Source: an uncultured Actinomycetota bacterium (GTDB taxonomy: Bacteria > Actinomycetota > Actinomycetes > DATJPE01). From it: a stretch of 64,000 bases of DNA. Within the stretch, counting starts at the first letter, position 1. The number at the start of each line of letters is the position of its first letter. Under the pieces are notes generated by a model. The model was given only the letters and a program-made list of their open reading frames with translations. It searched no databases and was not told the DNA's origin. Position numbers and translations under genes: made by a program. Location: NCBI GenBank assembly GCA_963819985.1, contig CAWFYH010000004.1, positions 466,713-530,712 of the forward strand. The letters are read 5' to 3'. Shown piece by piece: positions 1-7,811 of the stretch.

Positions 1-1
1 G

Positions 2-268
2 GAGTCGTGCGGCAAGTGCACGCCGTGCCGCGTGGGGTCCGTACGCGGCACCGAGGTCATCGACCGGATCAGACAAGGGAAGGACAGGGAGGCCAACCTG
101 GTGCTGCTGGAGGATTTGTGCGAGGTGATGACCGAAGGGTCGTTGTGCGCCATGGGAGGACTGACCCCGATGCCGGTGCGCAGCGCGCTGCGCCACTTCC
201 CGGAAGACTTCGGTCCTCAGGACAAGCGTGACGGCAATCCGACCTGGACGGAGGGGCAGGCGCGATGA
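2..268 (+). CDS. fdsB: NAD-dependent formate dehydrogenase beta subunit (NuoF-family flavoprotein), C-terminal part; 5-prime end lies outside the window
   Basis: Frame-2 translation from nt 2 reads ESCGKCTPCR...SLCAMGGLTPMPVRSALRHFPEDF. This is the 4Fe-4S Cys cluster and C-terminus typical of NuoF/FdsB subunits. The stop overlaps the fdsA start (ATGA). Confidence 0.75.
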   Translation, partial: ESCGKCTPCRVGSVRGTEVIDRIRQGKDREANLVLLEDLCEVMTEGSLCAMGGLTPMPVRSALRHFPEDFGPQDKRDGNPTWTEGQAR

Positions 269-3138
269 CACTACTGGAGCAGCCCGGTCTGCTGACCGAG
301 CCCGACCTCGGCACGCCCCCCGCCCCGGGTGAGGCCGCCGGTGAGACGTCGGTCGAGCTCACCGTCGACGGCCTGCCCGTCGCGGTCGCCCCCGGCACCT
401 CAGTGATGCGGGCCGCGGCGCTGGCCGGGGTCGATGTGCCGAAGCTGTGCTCGACCGACCGGCTCGACGCGTTCGGCTCTTGCCGGATGTGTCTGGTCGA
501 GATCGAGGGCGTCAAGGGCACCCCGGCGTCCTGTACGACACCCGTCGCATCCGGCATGGTCGTACGCACGCAGTCCCAGAAGGTGGACCGGCTGCGCCGC
601 GGCGTCGTCGAGCTCTATCTGTCCGACCACCCCGCCGACTGTGCCGGTGACGGCCGCTGCGAGCTGCACGGCATGGCCGAGCGGGTCGGTGTCAGTGACG
701 TGCGCTACGGCAGAGACGGGCACAACCACCTGCACGAGCACGCGGATCACTCCAACCCCTACTTCGACTACGACCCGAAGGCCTGCATCGTCTGCTCGCT
801 GTGTGTCCGCGCCTGCGACGACATCCAGGGCACGTTCGCCCTCACCATTCAGGGTCGCGGCTTCGACTCTCGGATGTCAGCCGGCACGGCCATCGACGAC
901 TTCTTCAGCTCCGAGTGCGTGTCCTGCGGTGCCTGCGTCCAGGCGTGCCCAACCGACGCGTTGCAAGAACGCAGCATCGTCGAGCTCGGCATGCCGACGC
1001 GAACCGTCCTGACCACCTGCGGATATTGCGGTGTCGGCTGCACGTTCAAAGCAGAGCTGCGCCGCGATGGCGGTGGCGACGAGCAGCTGGTGCGGATGGT
1101 CCCCTACAAGGAGGGCGGCGCCAACGAAGGCCACTCCTGCGTCAAGGGTCGGTTCGCCTACGGCTACGCGGCGCACCCCGACCGCGTGCTCAAGCCGCGG
1201 ATGCGCGAGAACATCACCGACCCGTGGCGCGAGGTGGAGTGGGACGAGGCGATCTCCTTCGTCGCACACCGGATGCGGGAGATCCAACAGCTGCATGGGC
1301 CAGGTTCGATCGGTGCAATCGCGTCGTCTCGCTGCACGGCCGAAGAAGTCTTCGTCATGCAGAAACTCGTGCGAGCAGTGTTCGGCAACAACAACGTCGA
1401 CACCTGCGGCCGGGTGTGCCACTCACCGACCGGCTACGGCCTCAACCAGACGTTCGGAACGTCGGCCGGCACCCAGGACTTCCCCTCCGTCGACGAGACC
1501 GACGTCATGCTCGTCATCGGCGCCAACCCAACCGATGCGCACCCGGTCTTCGGGTCTCGGATGAAACGAAGACTGCGGCAAGGTGCGAAGTTGATCGTGG
1601 TCGACCCGCGGCGGACAGACCTGGTGCGCTCACCGCACCTCCGAGCCGACTATCACCTGCCTGTGCGGCCGGGCACGAACGTCGCTGTGGTCAACGCGTT
1701 CTCCCACGTCGTGGTCACCGAAGGCCTGGTCGACGAGGAATTCGTTTCGACCCGTTGCGAGGGGTTCGCCGACTGGGCGTTGTTCATCGCCGAGCCCGAG
1801 CACAGCCCCGAGGCGGTCGAGGAGATCACCGGCATCCCGGCAGCCGATCTGCGCGCCGCCGCCCGGCTCTACGCCTCGGCGAGAAACGCAACCATCTACT
1901 ACGGACTCGGCGTCACCGAGCACAGTCAGGGTTCGACCATGGTGATGGGCATGGCCAACCTGGCGATGGCCACTGGCAACATCGGCCGCTCCGGTGTCGG
2001 CGTGAACCCGTTGCGCGGGCAGAACAACGTCCAGGGCTCCTGCGACATGGGCTCTTTCCCGCACGAGTACCCCGGCTACCGCCACGTCGGCGACGACGAC
2101 GTTCGCGGCATCTTCGAGCGCGCCTGGGGCGTACCACTGCACGCGGAGCCGGGCTTGCGGATCCCTAACATGTTCGACGCCGCCATCGACGGAACGTTCC
2201 GTGCGTTGTTCGTACAGGGCGAGGACATCGCTCAGTCCGACCCGAATCTCAATCACGTGCGCGCCGCGCTCAGCAGCCTCGACCTGCTCGTCGTGCAGGA
2301 CCTGTTTGAGGTCGAGACGTCCAAGTTCGCGCACGTGCTGTTGCCTGGCACGTCGTTCCTCGAGAAGGACGGCACGTTCATCAACTCCGAGCGGCGCATC
2401 AATCGGGTCCGCCCGGTCATGGAGCCCAAGTGCGGAAAGCAGGAGTGGGAGGTCACGTGCGAGATCGCGCTGGCTATGGGCTACTCGATGCACTACGACG
2501 ACGCCAGCCAGATCATGGACGAGATCGCCATGACGACGCCCACCTTCGCTGGTGTGTCGTTCGACCTGCTCGACCGGGTCGGCAGCGTGCAGTGGCCGTG
2601 CAACAGCGCGGCGCCACTCGGTACGCCGGTGATGCACGTCGACGAGTTCGTTCGTGGCAAGGGCCGTTTCGTCGAGACAACCTATGTCCCGACCCTGGAG
2701 CGAACGACCCGTCGGTTCCCCCTCATCCTGACCACCGGTCGGATCCTGTCGCAGTACAACGTCGGCTCGCAGACCAGACGCACCGACAACGTGACCTGGC
2801 ACGATCGCGACGTGCTTGAGCTTCACCCGCATGACGCCGAGGACCGCGGCATCAGCGACGGCGATCTCGTCACACTGACCAGCCGCGTCGGGACGACCAC
2901 TGTGCAAGCCAAGGTCGCGGAGCGGATGCCGGTCGGCGTCTGCTACACGACCTTCCACCACCCGGAGACTGGCGCGAACGTCATCACCACCGAGCACTCC
3001 GACTGGGCCACGAACTGCCCCGAGTACAAGGTCACCGCTGTGCAGGTGGAGCTCGCCCACCCGCGCACCGCGGGTGAGGCGGTGGGTGTCGAGGCGCGGC
3101 ACGTACCTGCCCGTTCGGGGGCCGGACTCGGTGACTGA
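265..3138 (+). CDS. fdsA: formate dehydrogenase alpha subunit (NuoG-like 2Fe-2S/4Fe-4S N-terminus plus molybdopterin oxidoreductase domains)
   Basis: 957-aa ORF. N-terminal CRMCLVEIEGV (2Fe-2S), CxxCxxC ferredoxin motifs, and a molybdopterin oxidoreductase body (GANPTDAHPV) with a C-terminal MopB_CT-like domain. Sits between fdsB-like and fdsD-like genes. Confidence 0.9.
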   Translation: MTLLEQPGLLTEPDLGTPPAPGEAAGETSVELTVDGLPVAVAPGTSVMRAAALAGVDVPKLCSTDRLDAFGSCRMCLVEIEGVKGTPASCTTPVASGMVVRTQSQKVDRLRRGVVELYLSDHPADCAGDGRCELHGMAERVGVSDVRYGRDGHNHLHEHADHSNPYFDYDPKACIVCSLCVRACDDIQGTFALTIQGRGFDSRMSAGTAIDDFFSSECVSCGACVQACPTDALQERSIVELGMPTRTVLTTCGYCGVGCTFKAELRRDGGGDEQLVRMVPYKEGGANEGHSCVKGRFAYGYAAHPDRVLKPRMRENITDPWREVEWDEAISFVAHRMREIQQLHGPGSIGAIASSRCTAEEVFVMQKLVRAVFGNNNVDTCGRVCHSPTGYGLNQTFGTSAGTQDFPSVDETDVMLVIGANPTDAHPVFGSRMKRRLRQGAKLIVVDPRRTDLVRSPHLRADYHLPVRPGTNVAVVNAFSHVVVTEGLVDEEFVSTRCEGFADWALFIAEPEHSPEAVEEITGIPAADLRAAARLYASARNATIYYGLGVTEHSQGSTMVMGMANLAMATGNIGRSGVGVNPLRGQNNVQGSCDMGSFPHEYPGYRHVGDDDVRGIFERAWGVPLHAEPGLRIPNMFDAAIDGTFRALFVQGEDIAQSDPNLNHVRAALSSLDLLVVQDLFEVETSKFAHVLLPGTSFLEKDGTFINSERRINRVRPVMEPKCGKQEWEVTCEIALAMGYSMHYDDASQIMDEIAMTTPTFAGVSFDLLDRVGSVQWPCNSAAPLGTPVMHVDEFVRGKGRFVETTYVPTLERTTRRFPLILTTGRILSQYNVGSQTRRTDNVTWHDRDVLELHPHDAEDRGISDGDLVTLTSRVGTTTVQAKVAERMPVGVCYTTFHHPETGANVITTEHSDWATNCPEYKVTAVQVELAHPRTAGEAVGVEARHVPARSGAGLGD

Positions 3139-3142
3139 CACT

Positions 3143-3448
3143 ATGACTGAGGCGGCTGATCCGCCGCATTTGCCCTCCTACGTGCGGCTCGCGAACGAGA
3201 TCGCTGTGCAGTTCCCCCAGCTCTCTGAGGACGACGCGGCGGATGCGGTCGCGGCGCACATCCGCCGGTTCTGGGATCCGCGGATGCGGGCCGGGCTGCA
3301 CAAGCACCTCGCCGCCGGTGGTGCCGATCTGCTGCCGATCTCCCGGGCGGCCGCGACACTGCTGGACTCAGGTAGCGGCCGGCTAGGCATCCACGCTCGC
3401 CGAACGCCGGGAAAGTGTGCGTTCAGCGGCATCCCCCACGATTACTAG
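3143..3448 (+). CDS. fdsD: formate dehydrogenase delta subunit (FdsD-like accessory protein)
   Basis: ATG at 3143, 5 nt after the fdsA stop. RLANEIAVQF...HIRRFWDPRMR matches the FdsD signature (RMANQIA...KFWEPRMR). The longer 3074 ORF start overlaps fdsA and is less likely. Confidence 0.6.
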   Translation: MTEAADPPHLPSYVRLANEIAVQFPQLSEDDAADAVAAHIRRFWDPRMRAGLHKHLAAGGADLLPISRAAATLLDSGSGRLGIHARRTPGKCAFSGIPHDY

Positions 3449-3461
3449 ACTGCTCGAGCCC

Positions 3462-3534
3462 GCCCTCGTAGCTCAGGGGATAGAGCAACGGTTTCCTAAA
3501 CCGTGTGTCGGCAGTTCGATTCTGCCCGGGGGCA
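3462..3534 (+). tRNA. tRNA-Arg (anticodon CCT)
   Basis: 73-nt cloverleaf read by hand. Acceptor GCCCTCG/CGGGGGC (one G-U), D-arm GCTC-AGGGGATA-GAGC, anticodon arm ACGGT-TTCCTAA-ACCGT (CCT at 3495-3497), T-arm GGCAG-TTCGATT-CTGCC, discriminator A. CCA is not encoded. Confidence 0.85.
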
Positions 3535-3651
3535 CAAGCACCCGACTGGCAACGTCGGACCCAGTTCGGGGACCATCCTCCGGGCACGCCAACGCCGGGG
3601 ACCGTGCCTGGGCGCAGGCCCTGAGATCCACGGTCTGTTGGCGGTAGATTC

Positions 3652-3972
3652 TTGGCCGAGACAGCCAGAGGGGCTGGAACGCCGTGCAAGCTTGCAGGTG
3701 TCCGCAGCTCCCGGGTCCGCGACACCACCACCGCCTCTGAGGGTCTTCGGACGTTCGTCCCGCTAACTGTCATCGACTTCCTCGAGCGCGCTGCGTTGGT
3801 CTACTCAGACCGCGTCGGCGTCGTTGACGAGCCTGATCAACCGGCGATGTCGCTGGGTTCGTGGACCTACTGGCAGTTCGCTGACGCGGCCGGCTCCCAA
3901 GCCGCAGTCCTCGACCGTGCCGGTTGCCCGGCGGCGCCGTGCCGACCATCGACTGCGACCTCTATCACGTGA
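3652..3972 (+). pseudogene. truncated remnant of an AMP-dependent acyl-CoA synthetase (FadD-like) gene, N-terminal ~100 codons only
   Basis: The translation contains PLTVIDFLERAALVYSDRVGVVDEP...SWTYWQFADAAGSQAAVLDRAG, the typical N-terminus of fatty-acid-CoA ligases. The frame ends after 106 aa with no AMP-binding core. It lies between a tRNA and the nar operon. Confidence 0.4.
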
Positions 3973-4016
3973 CCCCCCACCCGCACGGGCAAAGCAGGGC
4001 CAGGTCCCGCTCCGGA

Positions 4017-4036
4017 TCAGGGACCAAAGTCCCTGA
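4017..4036. promoter_or_regulatory. DosR/DevR-type palindromic box (TCAGGGACCAAAGTCCCTGA) upstream of narG, with a degenerate second half-site at 3994-4012
   Basis: 20-bp near-perfect palindrome GGGAC-N4-GTCCC matching the DevR/DosR consensus (TTSGGGACTWWAGTCCCSAA). It is centred ~45 bp upstream of the narG GTG start. A second GGGCC-AG-GTCCC element lies 20 bp upstream. Confidence 0.5.
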
Positions 4037-4069
4037 CGAGCCAGCGTCGGGGAATGGGAGGGTGGGCTG

Positions 4070-7000
4070 GTGACCTATCGAGCCACCGACTCCCCGTCCG
4101 TCGGCGGCGCCGACGGCCCGCTTACCGACGCCCTGTTGAAGACGGGGCGTTTCTTCACCAGATGGGACGAGACCGACGACGGCCGTGCCGTCTTTCGCGA
4201 AGGTGGCCGCAAGGGCGACGTCTTCTATCGAGACCGATGGAGTCACGACAAGGTCGTCCGCTCGACGCACGGTGTCAACTGCACCGGCTCCTGTTCATGG
4301 AAGGTCTACGTCAAGGACGGGATCATCACCTGGGAGACCCAGCAGACCGACTACCCCACGACGGGCCCACACAGCCCGGAGTACGAGCCACGCGGCTGCC
4401 CGCGCGGCGCAGCATTCAGCTGGTACACCTACTCCCCCACCAGGGTGCGCTACCCCTACGTGCGCGGCGTCCTTGTCGAGATGTACCGCGAAGCGAAGTC
4501 GCGGCTGAAGGACCCGGTCCTCGCCTGGGCCGACGTCGTCGGAGACCCCGAGAGGCGCCGCCGCTATCAGCAGGCCCGCGGCAAGGGCGGCCTCGTACGG
4601 ACGACCTGGGATGAGTCAGTAGAGATCGCTGCCGCTGCTCACGTGCACACCATCAAGACGTACGGCCCCGACCGTTGCGCAGGATTCTCACCGATCCCGG
4701 CGATGTCGATCGTCTCGCACTGCATCGGAACGCGGTTCATCCAGCTCATTGGCGGGGTCATGACCTCGTTCTACGACTGGTATGCCGACCTGCCCGTGGC
4801 CAGCCCCCAGGTCTTCGGCGACCAGACCGACGTCCCTGAGTCGGGAGACTGGTGGGACGCGACCTATCTGATGATGTGGGGCTCCAACGTCCCCGTCACC
4901 AGAACCCCGGATGCCCACTGGATGACCGAGGTCCGCTATCGCGGCACCAAGGTCGTCAGCGTCAGCCCCGACTATGCCGACAACACCAAGTTCGCCGACG
5001 AGTGGCTACCCGCGCAGGCCGGCACGGATGCGGCACTGGCCATGGCGATGGGGCACGTCATCCTGCGGGAGTACCTCGTCGACCGGCAGGTACCGTTCTT
5101 TCACGACTACGTGCGCCAATACACCGACCTGCCGTTCCTCGTCACGTTGACTGAACGGGACGGCGCCTACGTGCCCGGCAAGAACCTCACAGCCGCCGAC
5201 CTGGGCGAAACCGGCGAGGGGGCGCAGTTCAAGACCGTGCTGCTCGACGCGGCCAACGGCGATCCGGTGGTGCCCAACGGATCTCTGGGGTTCCGCTACA
5301 CCGACTCCGGTGTCGGAAAGTGGAATCTCGACCTCGAGGACGTCACCCCAGCGCTGTCGGTGCGTGACGCGTCCGGTGACAGCAGCGTCGCTGAGGTGCT
5401 GCTGCCGTCGTTCGAGTCGGCTGACGGCACGGGCGCGGTCATGCACCGAGGAGTGCCCACCCGAACTGTCAATGGTCACCTCGTCACGACCGTCTATGAC
5501 CTGATGCTTGCCCAGTACGGCGTCGCGCGCGACGGCCTGCCCGGAGCTTGGCCGACCGGATACGACGACGCCGGCACCCCCTACACACCCGCGTGGCAGG
5601 AGGCCATCACCTCCGTTCCCGCGCAGGCCGCCACGCGGATCGCCCGGGAGTTCGCGACCAACGCCGAGCAGTCCGGCGGTCGATCGATGATCATCATGGG
5701 TGCAGGAATCTGCCAGTGGTTCCACGGTGACGCCACCTACCGCGCCGTACTGGCCATGTTGATGCTGACCGGCTGCATGGGTCGCAACGGTGGCGGCTGG
5801 GCGCACTACGTCGGGCAGGAGAAGTGCCGCCCGATCACCGGATGGATCTCCCTCGCCAACGCGATGGACTGGAGCCGGCCACCTCGCACCAACCCCGGGA
5901 CCTCGTTCTGGTACATGCACACCGACCAGTGGCGCTTCGACGGCTACCAGGCCGATGCCCTGGCCTCCCCCCTGGCCGAAGGGCACCTCACCGGCCTGCA
6001 CACCGCAGACACGATCGCGAAGTCCGCCCGGCTCGGCTGGATGCCCTTCTACCCTCAGTTCGACCGCAACCCCCTGGACCTGGCCGATGATGCCTTGGCG
6101 GCAAACCCGGACGCCCCCATCGATCACGTGGTCAAGGAGCTGACCGAGGGCACCCTGAAGTTCGCTGTTGACGACGTCGACGCGCCGGAGAACTGGCCAC
6201 GCACGCTGGTGCTGTGGCGAGCCAACCTGCTGGGCTCGTCTGCAAAGGGCAACGAGTACTTCTTGAAGTACTTGCTCGGGACCCACTCCAACGTCACCGC
6301 AGCCGAGCCCGGGCCGGAGGTGCGGCCGAGCGAGGTGACTTGGCGCGACGACATCCCTGAGGGCAAGCTCGACCTGCTGGTGAGCGCGGACTTCCGGATG
6401 ACGTCCACGACCCTGCTGTCCGACATCGTCTTCCCCGCCGCCACCTGGTATGAGAAGCACGATCTGTCCAGCACGGACATGCACCCCTTCGTGCACGCCT
6501 TCTCACCTGCGATCGATCCACCCTGGGAAGCCAAGAGCGACTTCGACACCTTCCATGCAATCGCTCGCAAGATCTCCCAGATGGCGAAGACGCATCTGGG
6601 AACCCGCAAGGACCTGGTCAGCGTCGCGCTGCTGCACGACACCCCCGGGGAGACGGCGCAGCCCGGCGGGCACGCGCTCGACTGGGCCAAGGGCGAGGTT
6701 GCGCCGATCCCAGGCAAGACGATGCCCGCCCTGACCATCGTCGAACGTGACTACACCGCGATCGCCGACAAGCTGGGGGCCGTCGGCCCGCTCGCGGAGA
6801 CGCTCGGTTTCCCGGTCAAGGGCGTGACCTACGACGTCAGCCACCAGGTTGAGCAACTCAGCAAGCTCGGTGGCGTCATGCTCGGTGGGGCGGCCGACGG
6901 ACGACCCGCCATCGACACGGACACCAAGATGGCAGAAGCCATCTTGACCTTCAGCGGCACCACCAACGGCGAGCTCGCTGCCCAGGGGTTCCGCACGTTG

Positions 7001-7780
7001 GAGAAGCGCGTCGGCAAGCCGCTGTCCGACCTCGCAGAGGGCTCGGAGGAGAAGCGGATCACTTTCGCCGACACTCAAGCGCGCCCGGTCGCGGTCATCA
7101 CCTCCCCCGAGTGGTCCGGATCGGAGACCGGCGGTCGCCGCTATGCACCGTTCACGGTCAACGTCGAGCGGCTCAAGCCCTGGCACACCCTCACCGGGCG
7201 AATGCACTTCTTCCTCGACCACGACTGGATGCGCGATCTCGGTGAGGCCCTGCCGACCTATCGGCCACCGCTCGACCTGCACCGACTTCTGGGTGAACCC
7301 GAGCTTGGTGAGGACGGTTCCAAGCAGATCACCGTCAGATATCTGACCCCGCACTCGAAGTGGTCCATCCACTCCGAGTACCAAGACAACTTGTTCATGC
7401 TCTCGTTATCCCGCGGCGGACCGACCGTATGGATGAGCCCTCAGGACGCAGCGGTCATCGAAGCGAAGGACAACGACTGGGTGGAATGCGTGAACGCCAA
7501 CGGCATCATGGTGCTAAGGGCGATCGTGACCCACAAGATGCCGCCCGGGATCGTCTTCGTCTATCACGCGCAGGAACGCACCATCGACGTGCCGAAGACC
7601 GAGCGCACCGGACGCCGCGGTGGCATTCACAACAGCCTGACCCGGCTCCTGATCAAGCCCACCCACCTCATCGGTGGATACGCGCAGCTGTCCTACACGT
7701 TCAACTACCTCGGCCCGACAGGAAACCAGCGGGACATGATCACGACGATCCGCCGGCGCTCCCAGGATGTGACGTACTGA
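4070..7780 (+). CDS. narG: respiratory nitrate reductase alpha subunit
   Basis: 1236 aa. GTG start preceded by GGGAGG. N-terminal GVNCTGSCSWKVYVKDG FeS0 motif and molybdopterin domains. Followed by narH/narI. Confidence 0.93.
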   Translation: MTYRATDSPSVGGADGPLTDALLKTGRFFTRWDETDDGRAVFREGGRKGDVFYRDRWSHDKVVRSTHGVNCTGSCSWKVYVKDGIITWETQQTDYPTTGPHSPEYEPRGCPRGAAFSWYTYSPTRVRYPYVRGVLVEMYREAKSRLKDPVLAWADVVGDPERRRRYQQARGKGGLVRTTWDESVEIAAAAHVHTIKTYGPDRCAGFSPIPAMSIVSHCIGTRFIQLIGGVMTSFYDWYADLPVASPQVFGDQTDVPESGDWWDATYLMMWGSNVPVTRTPDAHWMTEVRYRGTKVVSVSPDYADNTKFADEWLPAQAGTDAALAMAMGHVILREYLVDRQVPFFHDYVRQYTDLPFLVTLTERDGAYVPGKNLTAADLGETGEGAQFKTVLLDAANGDPVVPNGSLGFRYTDSGVGKWNLDLEDVTPALSVRDASGDSSVAEVLLPSFESADGTGAVMHRGVPTRTVNGHLVTTVYDLMLAQYGVARDGLPGAWPTGYDDAGTPYTPAWQEAITSVPAQAATRIAREFATNAEQSGGRSMIIMGAGICQWFHGDATYRAVLAMLMLTGCMGRNGGGWAHYVGQEKCRPITGWISLANAMDWSRPPRTNPGTSFWYMHTDQWRFDGYQADALASPLAEGHLTGLHTADTIAKSARLGWMPFYPQFDRNPLDLADDALAANPDAPIDHVVKELTEGTLKFAVDDVDAPENWPRTLVLWRANLLGSSAKGNEYFLKYLLGTHSNVTAAEPGPEVRPSEVTWRDDIPEGKLDLLVSADFRMTSTTLLSDIVFPAATWYEKHDLSSTDMHPFVHAFSPAIDPPWEAKSDFDTFHAIARKISQMAKTHLGTRKDLVSVALLHDTPGETAQPGGHALDWAKGEVAPIPGKTMPALTIVERDYTAIADKLGAVGPLAETLGFPVKGVTYDVSHQVEQLSKLGGVMLGGAADGRPAIDTDTKMAEAILTFSGTTNGELAAQGFRTLEKRVGKPLSDLAEGSEEKRITFADTQARPVAVITSPEWSGSETGGRRYAPFTVNVERLKPWHTLTGRMHFFLDHDWMRDLGEALPTYRPPLDLHRLLGEPELGEDGSKQITVRYLTPHSKWSIHSEYQDNLFMLSLSRGGPTVWMSPQDAAVIEAKDNDWVECVNANGIMVLRAIVTHKMPPGIVFVYHAQERTIDVPKTERTGRRGGIHNSLTRLLIKPTHLIGGYAQLSYTFNYLGPTGNQRDMITTIRRRSQDVTY

Positions 7781-7811
7781 TGACCAGCCACGCGAGCGCG
7801 GGGATAGCGCG

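Noticed and set aside
1630-3141. 503-aa minus-strand ORF opposite fdsA. Similar long antisense ORFs occur at 5006..6496, 8400..9818, 11377..12018, 36183..37079, 37286..38797, 39915..41366, 42625..43521, 43536..44474, 55754..56551, 57387..58694, 61299..62000 and 31503..32471.
   Set aside because: Each lies entirely within, and antisense to, a gene with strong family signatures. Their translations are Arg/Ala/Gly/Pro-rich without motifs. Long stop-free frames like this arise by chance in 70% GC DNA.
3423-3773. ORFs overlapping the tRNA-Arg gene on both strands (3417..3647 +, 3423..3773 -).
   Set aside because: They overlap a well-folded tRNA and show no coding signal.
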